64,000 nucleotides of DNA from Ramazzottius varieornatus (Eukaryota; Animalia; Tardigrada). Below, piece by piece: positions 1-13,656 of the stretch. A model generated the notes under the pieces. That model did not search any database. It saw nothing but the letters and a program-made list of their open reading frames with translations, and was not told where the DNA came from. Position numbers and translations under genes: made by a program. Numbering within the stretch: position 1 is the first letter of the stretch; each line of letters opens with the position of its first letter. Location: contig BDGG01000004.1 of the NCBI GenBank assembly GCA_001949185.1, positions 3,815,777-3,879,776 on the forward strand, in the 5' to 3' direction.

Positions 1-129
1 CAAATAGCCGAGATCCCTGGAGCATATGGAATACCCGAAGCGTCGATGGAGGTTTTGCGCATTGATCCGTCGGAAGCCGAGACGTGTGAGAATTTGAACG
101 AATAATATGACGAAGAGGAAGTTTCGCAT
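1..129 (-). CDS. Possible first coding exon of a secreted or membrane protein running off the left edge
   Basis: ATG at 129 (minus) opens MRNFLFVILFVQILTRLGFRRINAQNLHRRFGYSICSRDLGYL with no stop to position 1. The N-terminus is signal-peptide-like; no family recognised. Confidence 0.25.
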   Translation of the reverse strand, partial: MRNFLFVILFVQILTRLGFRRINAQNLHRRFGYSICSRDLGYL

Positions 130-3100
130 GATTTCTTGGGTTGTGCGTCATGGTTCGTTAAGCACACTTCTTGGCTAATCCGTCGTGACCTTCAGTGGAT
201 TATTGCGGAGTAAATCTCAGTACCGATGCGATAGGAACATAATCGTGACGATGTGGTGTTACGGAATCTTGATTTCCCTCCAGCCCGGAGGTTGCTCGAC
301 TTGTGCATGCAGGGACAGCTTTGCTGAGCAAGTTTCGCGGTTGACATGCATGCAGTTGCTTACAGACTCAGGAATTTCGCAACACCGTTTTTCCCGATGA
401 ATACCCTAGGTAACTCATCGTTGCTTTAGGTGATCCGTATTGACGGTGCAGAGTTTATGCTTCGAGTTAGGAGGCCCGAATTTTTCATTGACAAAGTGAA
501 ACGCACGAGTGTTAATATCGCGTATGGTCGGAAGAACCGACTAGCTGGTAGAAATCGTTAGTTTCGTAATCAGGAAGAATCACCGATAATTTGTGAATGT
601 AAGGTGTTTAACGATCTGAAGATACGCTCCGATGTAGCCCCCGGCTCCGTGTATAATTTGGAAGTACTGAATGGATTGATTGAGCTTACACTGCAGTCGT
701 AGTTTTCAAGGGATTTTCGATCACTGAATTGATGTCAGGCCAAGTGTTGTAAGGTTTTGGTCGACCCAAAAGAAAGGCGCTCGGGGAAGAGCTCAACGAT
801 CGACTGTTTCGCTTTGTACGTCGCTGAACTCGAGGGTACTTGAGTCCGCTGTTTCAGTATACGAGAGGACACATCGATCCATCTTGTCGACGTAACTGTT
901 CGGCACAGGGTCCGCTGAGCTCTTGGATGTGGGACGGGAGAGAAGCAGAATGCTCCATGTGTGTGCATATGAATACTGTAATGTCGAGTGGGGAAATAAC
1001 TTCTCTATCGCAACTCGTTCCCAATCAAACTCAATTTAGCCAGCTCGCGTTCCCAGTTTTTCTCCTTCTCCTCCTTCTTCTCTTTTCAGTCTTCTGTCCT
1101 CACATTGGGTTTGTGTCGGTGGACATTACACGTGGCAATGGAGTGCCGGGAGAAGGTTCTTCTCTCATCAGCTGCGGCGAACGTTCATAATCCAATACAA
1201 AATCAGCCCTCCAACCATATCCCTTTGCATGGCTAGTTTGTCAATAGGCCGGCTTTTCTTTCAATCGCGGACGCGCGCGCGCGGCTCTTGTTGCCAATTG
1301 GGAGTATCATGCAGTGGGTTCGTCAATACCACCACTCAGCGCGTGCTATATTGATGGCCGACAGACGAAAATCATGGGAACGGCAAGAATCCGCAAGATC
1401 AATGTTGACCATATCCGATAATGCTGAATCTTCCAATCTCGCGTTGTTCCCTTCTTTTTTCCCGATTGCAGAAAGCGAAGCGTTTGATGATTACGTAAAC
1501 GGCTTGATGCAGTACTTGTCGATACGAGTGATGGTACTGCATACTGCCGCCGGTGGTAGTAATTCATAATTAAGCCATTCAAGCGTAAGGTGCTGTCTGC
1601 AGTCGTCGTTTCAGTACTCACTCAAGTGCCAAAGGAGTAAGAGACAAGGAAGAAGGAAGAGCCCAAAAAGGGAAGAGAGGTCCTTGGCGGAGGCAAAGTT
1701 GACTTTGCTGTTTTGAGGAGGGTGCAAATTAAAATAGTGTAAATGGCTGTCGAAGAGCTAACTGGAGTACTCGTACCATACAATGTTTGACCAACCTTTT
1801 ACACATTGGCCTTCAAGTACAAGCCAAGCTGCATGGGGGAAGTGCCGCCAATTGGGAAGCTAGTTAGTGTGTTACGGTAGAAAGTCCGACATCGTCACGT
1901 AGCGTCTACACTCGAGTCCGCGCAAGTCTTGTCGTTCCCTTGGTCAGACCAGGAAGGCAACAGCTGCCTTCGGGACTTGCCTATCAATACCATTAAACAC
2001 AGACGTAATAAGTAACTGCCTTGATGGGAAGGACTGGCGGGGAACCGTCTCTGGCTCCAGCAGCTAGCCATAGCCCCGGATCGCTTCCTGCTTTGTCAGC
2101 CTTTATATCGCCTCGCCAGTCGGGCCTCATTCCAGTGACTTGTTTCTCAATTGCTGTAATGTGTTCCCACACTTGTGGCCTCGCATCAAATGACTTGAAT
2201 ATAAGGCACGGTATGCAGCTCTGCCCGCAGTGCGACCACAATCAAAAATGCATGCTGCGAGCCTTTTGCCGTGTTAACAGGAAGGAGGTTAGAAATTAAG
2301 TTTTCCCTCTTTGTGACCTTTGATCTTGACTCTTGTGTAAAGTAACTGGCTGCCTGCCTGCATGGGACCCCATGATTTAGAAAGGAACCCAACGTTTGTT
2401 CATCCATTCACCCGCCTGATTGGGCTTCTTTCACCGCCTATATAAAGCAATAATTCTGCATATATGTGGCCAAGGATGTTTTTGATGGGGAGATGGTTGT
2501 TTATACTATCGGTCCAGGCAGCTTCACTGTTGGCTTTCGACTTAATTTGCAAGCGGAGCTCGCTGCCGAAATTGCGTGCCTATAAAGTCATCTGCATGGT
2601 CCCCCGTTCAAAGCATCACTGCGTTCCAGCGGCTTCGTGTCTTGCGAATATGAATGGTCGGGTATTTCTCCGGAACATCTTCCCGTCCTTCTAAAGAGAC
2701 GCTCGTCTAAGGTTCCGTAACGACCTATTTGCATATTTTTGGTCTCGAATTTCCTGGAGATTAAAAAGCCATCTGATCAAGAAACTGTCTGAACTGCCAC
2801 TTCCTGTGTTGACTCTGGCCAATGTCTGGCTTGTCGTATCCGATTGAAATCTGCCTATGTTTGTTTCCTTGTTACCGACATCGTCTGGCATTGTCCTAAT
2901 CGTTCGAGCTTAGCACCATCAGGGAAAATGCTCAAGTTGGGTGATATGGATAAAGCGATTGCGACGTTCCGTGTCTGGATAATATGGTCGGTCGGAATGG
3001 CGCTCGTCGTTTGTGTATCTGCTGGTAGTGTCCAGGACAACGACACAAGGTAATAAACGATATGACGTTTGCAAGAACAAAACCCTGACATGAGGGTCCC

Positions 3101-3395
3101 CGTGAGACATGTGTACGTGTTGTAACTTGGATAGTACTTGTCGTTGACAGCTTTTAGAGTGCTACATGTGACGAACGATCGAAGGAGCTACCAGTGGAGT
3201 TTTTTCCATGCACGCCTGACATTTCCCCGTGCTCGTGTTGTTCTTTACTGGATGTAATTGCTAAGACTCATAGAAGAATCTGAAATTTTATTATTATTTT
3301 CTGACAAGAGGGCGAACTCTTCCCCACGATTCTGGCTTTCTGACGACTGGCGTCTCGCATCAAGTTTTATTTGGATTAGGGACCTTCAAGTTTCT

Positions 3396-3425
3396 GGATG
3401 GATGGATGGATGGATGGATGGATGG
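3396..3425. repeat. (GGAT)7 microsatellite
   Basis: Directly visible run of ggat units. Confidence 0.95.
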
Positions 3426-6400
3426 CTTGCTTCCGTGTTACGAGTGACTTTGGGCAGTGTGGGCAATATAGATAAAATTATCCTCACGCTAGACTGGATA
3501 GATTGCAGCAAAAAAACGCGTTAGCTGGTTGTAATGTTTGCGCAAGTGCGCCATGTAGCCAAGCGTTAAATCACTGTCGCTACCAGATACATAGTATAAA
3601 ATCCATTTTTCACCGCAAACGAAGTTGGACCATCGTATCGACAAAGACCTACTGTGATATTTTTAGAGATATTGATAAATTTCGCAGATTGATAATGTTG
3701 ACATATATTTTTTTGTTTGAAACGTGGGCAAATGATTCAACCCAGATCGTAACCTCAGGTGGCGCACGGTTCCAGTTCTATCGGCCGAAAGTGTGCGCCG
3801 CTTGGGAGAACGCTCGGGCTCAAATCATTTGCCCATATCCCATTTGACTGGAGTTGTTTGGGATGCAGTCTATTTCGGTTGTTGGTCTTCCGCGAGTGGG
3901 CATTTCAGGCTTGTTCTCATGCGGGTGAGGAGGCCATCATCATCCAGAAGACGAACAACATTTCCTCCCGAAGAAGCGAAAAGCCCTTGTGCTTGCGGAA
4001 AGGCTTCTCAGGCAGCGAAAAAGCGCAAAATGAAAACGGTAATGATGTCGTTGCCACAGTTCCATACTGCGACGTGACAGCTCTTGTCTTGCTGATCCAA
4101 GATTCGTTTTTTGCCATTCAAGAAACCGACAAGGGGGTATGATGTCAAGAGCCACTGAGCTTGAACGACAGCAGGGCCGCTTTATTTGTTTATGGACACA
4201 TGATGCAGCACACCCAACACCACATCGCACGTTATGTCGATCGGCGAGTCAAGCATAGCATGCTGGAGAGAGGAAGATTTCGACAAGCTCTTCTCCTTCC
4301 GTATATAGTGTAATAAGTACTCTAGCGTAAAGTGCGGCGTACCATTTGGCGACCTCCCATATTGGTCGTTTACAGCATAGCGACAAACTATCCGCAATCA
4401 ATCCAAACAAATGTGCCCATCGCTATCGTGCTGAGAGCTATCTCGCCGTGGAAAGATGCTCAATTAGCGCCATGAATATCATCTCTAAAAGCGCTTCCGT
4501 TTGATTATTGCTCTTGTTGGATGCGCCGAGTTAACCTCTCCATGGCCAGTTGTCGCAATGATTATAGCTCGTATTTGTGGGGTTTGTTGATTGATTCTGA
4601 CGGACTGCAAAGTCCGTCTGGGTGGAGCAGTGACGTCACTGTGGGTTTTCTTGGAAATCAAAGGACTGGACCAGGAAGTGTTTTTGTTGACTGATAGCAA
4701 ACGATTAAAGACATGTCTTGGAGCTGTTAGATTAGGAATCACTTGTCAAAACATCGAAGACACTGTCCGTGTATCTTTACCAAACAGAATTCAAGCGCTA
4801 GTTCCGCTTAAGTAGTTTTCCGGCTCTTTGTGGCTTTCCTGAAAATGAACTGACTGCCTCCAGCTACCATAGTCCTTCCTTGCTTCCTGGACTCAGCCCA
4901 TTTTTCACGGCCAACGAGTTAACTCGTGCTTCACGCCTGATTGATTACGAAAACTTGCACGTTTCGCAAAAGGATTTTCGTTCGGTCAAAAGATTTCGCA
5001 TATTTTGCCGTTTGGTTTCTTGATTTGTAACGGACTCTTTTTTGGTCTGGGTATTTTGTCGAGCAAAGGAAAATTTTTGGATGTGAAGCTTCATGTCTTA
5101 CTGAGAGATGAGAAGGGAAGACCCAACTCGAGGAACCGGAAGATAACAACGTTCTCAATCGTTCTCTTCTTTCAACTTTCAAGGTCCTCAGTACGTGGTG
5201 TTAAGGAAAGGGCTACTTTGGGTCATGCATTCAGTGCCCGTGACCGATTAGTCTGCGCCGCCCGAAACCCGAGCCTCATAAGCCCACTTCCGCGTCTTGA
5301 GAATCCGTAGTGTTTCGTTATGTCGCGGATCAACCTGGCCCGATAGTGATTTTGACATAATTATCAGATATTTGAGGGGAGAACGTGTTAAGAAAATTTC
5401 AGCCCACACTGCGTTTGTAATTGGGCAACGGAGAGAAGGAAGCGAGCATGAATAATTGGATGTCACAACGTAATTGCATGTTTTTTATGCTCGCTAAATT
5501 AACACTCTAAGCTATGTTGGAAGAAGGGGAAGCGGTCCATAGCGTTGATAGGGCGCGTAAAATAGGCAGATCATTATCTAGAGACGCCTCCCGAGTGTAC
5601 CCACGACTACAAATCCTGCTCGCGGCTCTTGACAGCTACTGTGTCCCACGGGCAAGATTATAATTTTGCACGCTATCGGACGTTCACAAACAGATCCTCG
5701 TCACGGCTCTTGCTCCATACCACGGTATTCAGTACGTCCCGTGACGCAATGTTTCTTCCTTTTACACTAACAAAGGGACCCTCACAAGCTTGTCTGATTT
5801 TCTCTAATAACACATGCATACACATCGCGCAGGAAATCGAAAGATGGATCTCCGGGGCCTAACATATGCGTCAAACATCGAACTTGTCTTCGCATCATGG
5901 CCTTCCTTTCTTGTACGACGCAGATACGAGTGATCATGAGGAGTGAGGTTTAACGAATGATATATTGAATAAGTACAGACAAGAGATGGAAGAACTGCGC
6001 GGCGCGCGCGAATCGACTGTCGACCGGCGACTGTCTCCTCTTCCTAAGATGAAGAGCTTCCTTTGGCAGCCACATTCCACAGTCTTCTGTTACACTCTTA
6101 CGGTGCCCCCTTTGAACTCTATGCTGTACATACTAGACAGCGACGAGGCTTGGAAGAAATTTCCTAAAACATATTCAGTGGATATTTGAGCACGGAGTAA
6201 AGTGTCTGTCGAAGTTTTTCTTTTTATCAATTGACGGACCGTGTCGATCGCGTATCATCCGAGCCTCCCGCGACGCTTTGGTGTATCCTCTACGGTTAAA
6301 TGGCTTGAGATATGAACTGGCTTCACTCTCGAGCGCCGCGATTGTTCCCGAGGTCGACGATTAAATGGCAACTTGAGAAGGTGGCCAATCGCTGCGAGTT

Positions 6401-6673
6401 ATGCATGGGTCCTTCCCCAAATCGATCTTTGAATAGCTAGCGCCGCGATCACAGTCTTCCGTCAAGAGTCTTCTTAAAGAAGCCCGCATCTCGAGAGTCC
6501 TTCTCAAAAAAGGTTCTTGGCATCGTTGAAGTATCTTTTTTACTTTCCTCCTGGAACATGTCGAGTGTAATTACTACACGCCTCGTTGAAACCTTGAAGA
6601 ATATAGTCGAGTAGGTGTATTAACTGTATTTCCTTTTTGTCTTCTCGGCAGGGACCAGGCTGCGGTTCGGGTC

Positions 6674-9600
6674 ATGAACGCCGCTTCCGATGCAGCGTCC
6701 GCCAAGAGCCTGCCCTTCCATTCCTTGCCGTTGATGCTGGCCCTGTCCCTCTTCATCAACAGTACCACACCACCGACGTCCAGTAGTCCGACGGTGATGG
6801 CGGCCAGTGTGCCGCTACTGCCAGCCGGAGGAGCCCGCTCGCCGTCCTCGTCATTAGCCGATGGCGCACCACCACCGCCTGAACAAACGGAAGCTCCTGT
6901 TTCGGTGACAGAAATCTTGAATGAATTACTTAATGGATACGACAAGCGTGTACGGCCCAACTATGGAGGTACGTGAGCTTGTCCGTCTTTGCATGAAAAT
7001 CTTACTTTTCCTTCTTTCTTCCTTGCGCCATATTTGCACAAGATAGTAGGACCAAGGGAAGATGCGCAAGAAAGCCATTTCCATACTGTGACGCCCTATT
7101 TGCATTTCTTTAGGAATAAATCAATCAGGTTGAAATCGGTAAAACCGTGTGAATAATGTAATAATTTAAACATATGCTGTTTACATGAGCCGCTGAACAT
7201 CCATCAGCGAGTTACGCCTGTTACCTCACGTTGTCGACCCGCTGAAAGCTTCGCATGTTCACCTCCGCGTCATATTGTTCGGCGATTTGACCGACAATTC
7301 CCATCCTTAGATCTTCCCTCCCAAAGACTCTGATCTTCACGTATTTCGTCTGGCCTCAGACAGACTTGAAGTGGGTAGGCAAACAAGAGTACTGAATCAC
7401 TAAGACAGTGCTGTAATTTGAGAGAGTCCGTTACTGGAATGCGAAGATGAGTCGACCTTGTCGGCTCGAAGCGGCTAACCATGACAGGCAAACATTAATT
7501 CTCGGCGCGATCACTACGCCCTTCTAGAACCATTCAGCATATACGGGTACTTCGAGTCGGTATTGAAAATTTGGGGATTCACAAAGGGATCGCCGCTAGT
7601 TGGATCTGAAGTGCTCCTGTTAGTGCAGTCCTGTATAGCCAGTTAAACAGTTGCACGATAAGTAAAGTGATGTGATTAGCGAGCCAACTACTGAAGCTCC
7701 ATGCACACTCCAACGTCTCTTGAGCAGAAGTACCACGCGAGCCTCTCGAGGAACGCGAAAATCCGCGATCACTGGCATCCAGTTCAGATTCGCTAGACTT
7801 GGGTTTCTTCTCTCATTTCGGGCTTTGGCCAGAATTCTTTCAGAATTTCCGTCTGTGGCGCACGGTATCAAGACGCGTCTCACAGTTACACACGTTGGGT
7901 ATTTAACTTCGAAGCGGAAAATAATCTCTTTTCCATACCAAATAAGCATCGGGCGCATATACCCCGGTATCAGCAAATTAAGCGGAAGTCCCAGTTGCAC
8001 AGTACTCAGTTGTAGTTGATGTTTCCACCTTACGTCAAAAAGTCTGGAAAATTTATGACGAATAGCATAAGAAAACATTCGCGCTATGATATCGTGCAAA
8101 TTTGAAACTGATCAGCAAACAAGAGTATAATACGGGCGCACTTATGGAAAATAAACGGGACAAAAATATCGGCTTTTACTTTATATTAGCTGAAAATAGC
8201 CACTAGAAATTTGTTTGTTTTGCGAGTACGGTAATTGCTGGGGTTTTTGCCTAAGAGATTAGGACGCGAAGGCGCTACAGAAAGGCTAAGAAAAATATTC
8301 AAAGGCCTAAATATGACTGGATTCACGGAAGTTCCTTTCCTGCTTCAGCGCGATGGTTTATTGGCGTAACAGTGAATAGTCGATTTGCAAATCATTGTAA
8401 TGAACAGGCGCACGCAAGGAAAGCAACTTGTTATCAATGGCCCGTATTTATGAGAGGAAGTTCAAGTCACGTCCATATAGCTTTGGTCAATTGCTCAATT
8501 ATTTACAGGAAAGCTCCTGGATCAGCAATGTTTATTTAAACTCTGAGCAACGTGCCAAAGATGGACATTAATTTCGCGGCACACGCATCTTTATCCCCCG
8601 TGCTGCGAACTCCCACAAAATCGAAGACCCAACATGAGATCTATAAAAGGACCGTACTGTACGATGCGCATGAATAACGATAGATCATAACTACATCATC
8701 GATACATGTCACAATGCGAAATATACTTCCCTCAAAGTGGGGTCGATGCGCTGAAACTGGAAATCCATCGAGAAACCTTTAGAAGGTCCGCAGACGAAAC
8801 CTTTCACTCACCTGCATACAACCAGTCAGACTTTCGTCATGGATCTGTATGCAGGTGCACATACACTGCGCCTAAAATATGGCTTATCAGACAGATAGTT
8901 CGGTTCCGATTGTTGAGCGAACTTTACATCGGTCGGTATAGAGTGATAGCTCTCAAACGATCAAGAATGTAACCTTATTCTCCCATCACGAGGAACCATC
9001 ATGGATACGGCTAGTCATTAGCTTACAAATGTTCGGGCACTGCGAACCGGTAACTTAGTTGTGGTACAACGGACCACTTGATGAAATTATCCGGTCGGTC
9101 AACGAGGCATTATACCTGATCCAGGTATTGGTTCAGAGGGAGCTGCTAGTAATGGAAGCCGCTAGTAGTTCGTGTGGTTTTTTTTACGAGTACGATAGTT
9201 TAAATTCTCAATATCTTATCCGTTGGTGTTGGTTGCAGCGAAAGCCGTGGATGTGGACGTGACCATGTTAATCAGCAGCATCAGCAGCATGAGCGAAGTG
9301 GATATGGTAAGTTGTCGCTAAAGGGAAACAAGGTTTTCTCGTGGGCGTTGCTAGCTGGGACTGCCTGATCATTCCATCGAAGCATATCATTTTTTTCTCC
9401 AGAACGATCTGACAGTTTCCAATTTTCCACTCCGAAGAAGTAATCAGATAACTCCGAGCTTAGTTGCGAATTAATCTTAGCACGCTCTTTGGCACACGGA
9501 CCCTCCGGCTTCTGGTTTCTTGAAATTCATTTTTCGTCCGTGCGTAGTCTTCCTTTCACATTCCTGCCCACGAGAAAAGCTACAAGACTAGCTTGTAAGA

Positions 9601-12600
9601 ATTGACAGTCAATGAGGCAAAGGGGTACTTTCCATCTGTTAAGTTTCGAAAATAGTGCCTACCACAAGTCTGAACAATCGGTTTTGAGCTCTTCATCCGT
9701 AGACAATGGGACATTGATGGTGTCTTAATTATCTATCCAAGCCGAACGCAAGCGACGAGGCGTTAAGTGAAACCAGCACGAGCCGCCAAATTGTTACCAA
9801 AAATTACAGCAGGTCATCAGTAAACCTATTACAAAGCTTCCGTTAGCAGCTCGGCTTGTCTTCCGACTTTGCAGTGGGTTTTCGACAGTTGATAAGTTAT
9901 TTGAGGTCTTACTGCGGGGAGCTGTTGAAGTTGGCCAGGAAGAACCACCAGTCTTCTTCCGGAGAACTGCACTGGGCTTAATGACTTGGCCTTCCCTTTG
10001 ACTGTCAAGGCACTCAAAAAACGGATATTGAAAAGACGTCAGGTAGAAAGCTTTGCTTGAGTGCTTTTGTCAGTTTGCGACGGAAATGAAACATTACGAC
10101 CTGAACAAAAGTCACACAACGACCATTGATATCAGTTATCTTCCGCCTCATTCAGTCAGAATGATGCCCTGGCATGCTCCAAGTTTTTCGTCTTGGGAAA
10201 CACAAAGTCCCAAGACGTTACGTGTAACATTTTACTCGGCAAGATGTAAGGGGGAACTGTAGAGAAAGCGGTGGCTCGTGGTGTGCAGTGATGCGGAAGG
10301 ATGCCTACCATTGAGTACAATGGGTATAATCGCTGCCGGATGCTGGCTGCGTTTGGTGACATGCTAGGTCCGTTTAGTCATTCCAGTGTCACTTTCTGTG
10401 ACCTATCAGCTAGAGGGGGCCCGCGTGCCGCTTTAAGACTGATGGACGACGTGCCTCGTTATGGGCCTGACGTAAGAGCTGAGCCGTTGATGCGGATAAT
10501 TCATTTTTGACGATTGTCCCTTGCAGGATTTCACCATTGATTTCTACTTCCGCCAGTTTTGGACCGACCCTCGTCTGGTCATCAAAAAGTTCCCCAACAA
10601 AGACGAACAAATTACTGTCGGACAAGAGATGATGGAACGAATATGGATGCCAGACACGTTCTTCCCCAATGAAAAGAAGAGCTTCTTCCATCACGCAACC
10701 ACCATCAATAAATGTATGTAAAATGGCTTCTCGGTCCTCAACAACAAATCTTCAGTCCCTTAAGGTCTTGCACTTGAATCATGACTGTCAGGATATTATA
10801 ATGTTGACACAAGATAGTGCTTATATGGGACATCGGCAAATGATTCGAACAGGATCGTTTCTACGAGCGGCGCACCCTCCTAGCCAAATAACAATGACAA
10901 CGTGCGCCACTTTCGATAGCGATCGTGTCCAATTAATTGCCGACGTCCCATATGACCATGACTCTTGAAGGCTACCATTCACAAACTTCAGGATAACCAA
11001 AGCGAGGTTTCCTTACAGTCTTACGGATTCGAAAAGACGGGAGACTCTACACGTCCATACGGTATGTTCGCATTAAATTAGACCAGGACCTTGTTTTCGC
11101 TATGGGTATCAGACATTCCCGCACTGTGGGCTCTTGTTGTAGGTTGACGACAACACTGGCGTGTGAACTGGACTTGAGTTATTTTCCGCTAGATTATCAG
11201 AACTGCTCCCTAGAAATCGAGTCATGTAAGTCGTGCTGCATTATCTCCAAAGACATGAGAAACCACTGTTGTATGCAGTGGTTGCTATAATGCTATTTTT
11301 AGATGGATATGCCACATCGGATATAAAATTACACTGGAAACGTGACCTATCAAAAGCGGACCAAGTCGAGTTCGACGAGAAACGACTCAAACTTCCCCAG
11401 TTCAAAATCCTTAGCGCTACTGCCCATTCAAGAATGGAAGGAACCGGGACAGGTACACCAGATAGTCATATCCCAATACCTATGTAAATTTTCATCGGTT
11501 GACGAAGCGGAATTGTCCAGCTCTGTTATTGCAGGACAATACTCTCGACTTTCTTGCGAACTCAAGTTTTCTCGAAGAATGGGATACTACCTGATTCAGA
11601 TTTACATTCCGTCCAGCCTGATTGTTGTCATCTCGTGGGTGTCTTTCTGGCTCAGTAAGTACTTGACATGGCCCTCGATACCGCGGAAGTCCGGTGAAAA
11701 GCCTCACATAGCTTGAAAACGCCGGGAAATTAGTTTCGAATTCGAAAATATGTCGTCTCGAAGTTCATTTCCGATGAAACTGAAAATACGGGTGAAAGGA
11801 GATGGTGGAAAAGTACGAACTTCAAGTCAATGATATGGTTATTTTTTCCTAGGTCGGGAGAGTACGCCTGCACGAGTGTCCTTGGGCGTGACCACTGTGT
11901 TGACCATGACCACGCTAATGTCTTCCACCAACGCCCAGCTTCCCAAGGTCAGTTACGCCAAAGGCATCGACGTGTACCTGGGAACCTGTTTCGTGATGGT
12001 CTTTGCATCACTGCTGGAGTACGCGACGGTGGGGTACTCCACAAAGCGCCTGAAGATGAGGGCCGCTGCACAGCATCGTCAAATGCACGGCGGTATCCCT
12101 CCGACCTCTGTCATGACTTCTCAAAGTCACATGGGTGGATCACCCAGTAAGACCTTCCAGCAAATCCTCGGCAGTAATCACTCATTACATCATCATCCGC
12201 CGGAGCATCAGCCGCTAACACACAGACATCCGATGGGTTCGCCCGGGCGTGAGGGCAACGCTGAACGTCTAGCTGACCACGGATCCATGCATGGACGACG
12301 AGTACGCGCGCCCTCATATCTTGAACTAAGAAAAATATAACTGTTCGAAACTAATTCCGGAACATTGTTTGCATTATATTTGTTTTCCTGAAATAAAATG
12401 TTCTTTTGCAGGATCGCTACAAGTCTTGGGGAAGCGATCATTCTCACGCCCAAGGCAACACGGACATGTACAGCCCTCACGGTCTTCCGCCCAATGGTCC
12501 TGTAGACCTGGAATCAGGCGTATGTAGGAGCTATAGCTTGCCCAGAGTATCTCCGAAAAGGAAAAGAGAATTCAAGTCCAGCGAGATCGATAAATGGAGC

Positions 12601-12802
12601 AGGATAGCCTTTCCTTTGGCCTTCTTGTGGTGAGTACCTTTCTTGTGTTCCTTATCGCGAGATTTCAAAATGGTTGATGCGATTGTCCTTTTCTAGTTTT
12701 AACCTGGCCTACTGGTTTATATACCTGAACATAAGTGTGATACCTGGCGGTGAGAACGCCGTGGCAGATACGCTACCGGAAGAACCCCAACCAGCACAGT
12801 GA
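6674..12802 (+). CDS. Rdl: Cys-loop GABA-gated chloride channel subunit, Rdl-like (multi-exon)
   Basis: Exons approx. 6674-6968, 9239-9306, 10527-10713, 11019-11061, 11143-11225, 11304-11452, 11535-11654, 11853-12301, 12412-12629, 12697-12802, with GT-AG boundaries. Motifs: [34 protein letters not shown], Cys loop [17 protein letters not shown]1 [26 protein letters not shown]2 [23 protein letters not shown]3 [26 protein letters not shown]4 [16 protein letters not shown]. Confidence 0.93.
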
Positions 12803-13656
12803 GGTTCAACCCTGCAATACCGACTCCCAAGTGCTCAGAGAAAGACTGCAACTGTTCATTCTTGCACTTGACGGCTTCCGTCCCAGACATGTCTTCTCCA
12901 AGTCGTCAGCAGCAGTTTCTCGACAAAACTATGGCCAAATTTGCAGACTCGTTTATGAACGAATGATTGCCTTCCTTACTGGTACTTGATAGTATTATAT
13001 CCCCGTGGGTGAAGAGAATTTTTTATTCTTACTACAGTAAGGGTGGAAATACTGAGATTAATTGCTCGTGGAATTGCAGTAACGCCGAATCTCTCCTGCG
13101 CTTTGATTGCGATACCCTGGTTTGCCTGCATGGTTTGCTATATTGTACTAGTTCCGAATTCTACGCGCACACCTTGAGTTCCGGGATTAGCCAAAAGAAA
13201 TGCGGACACTTTCAGGCATCCAGATCAAACCGCGCTGACACGGTTATGTTTTACGAGTGGTGCACAAGAAGTCCTGCTGGAGTAATAAGAAAACGGAAAC
13301 CTGGACGATCACGTAGTAGAGTAACTTACATCGCAGGGAGAGGCACGGCCGAGTAATTGCCTCGAGACAGTCAACGCAATGAGCAAATAGTAGTCTCGCC
13401 AAGAAAGCTGGAAACCTTCAAAGAAGACGTCGGTTGAAGACCAGTCACGGATCAAAGTCCTTGTTTCCTTTCTTTTCAAGTATCTCTTAATCGCCTGTCG
13501 AAAGGAATATTTCCCTTCTTTGTTCCATTCAGCTAATCCTTCCCGGGTCGTCCAGCGAAAGGATCTTGAGCCATTCGAGCTGCGCGGCAGAGAATGTCCA
13601 GAAATTCCGACAATTATCCAACGCTCGAAAAATTCGCGTACGAAGTACGTCAGAGT

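Noticed and set aside
130-6673. Many 60-130 aa ORFs upstream of Rdl
   Set aside because: No recognisable domains or consistent exon chain. Most likely regulatory, intronic or 5' UTR sequence; an acceptor-like site lies at about 6650.
11655-11852. Short inverted repeats in the Rdl TM1-TM2 intron as an A-to-I editing structure
   Set aside because: The stems are short and show no clear complementarity to the flanking exons.
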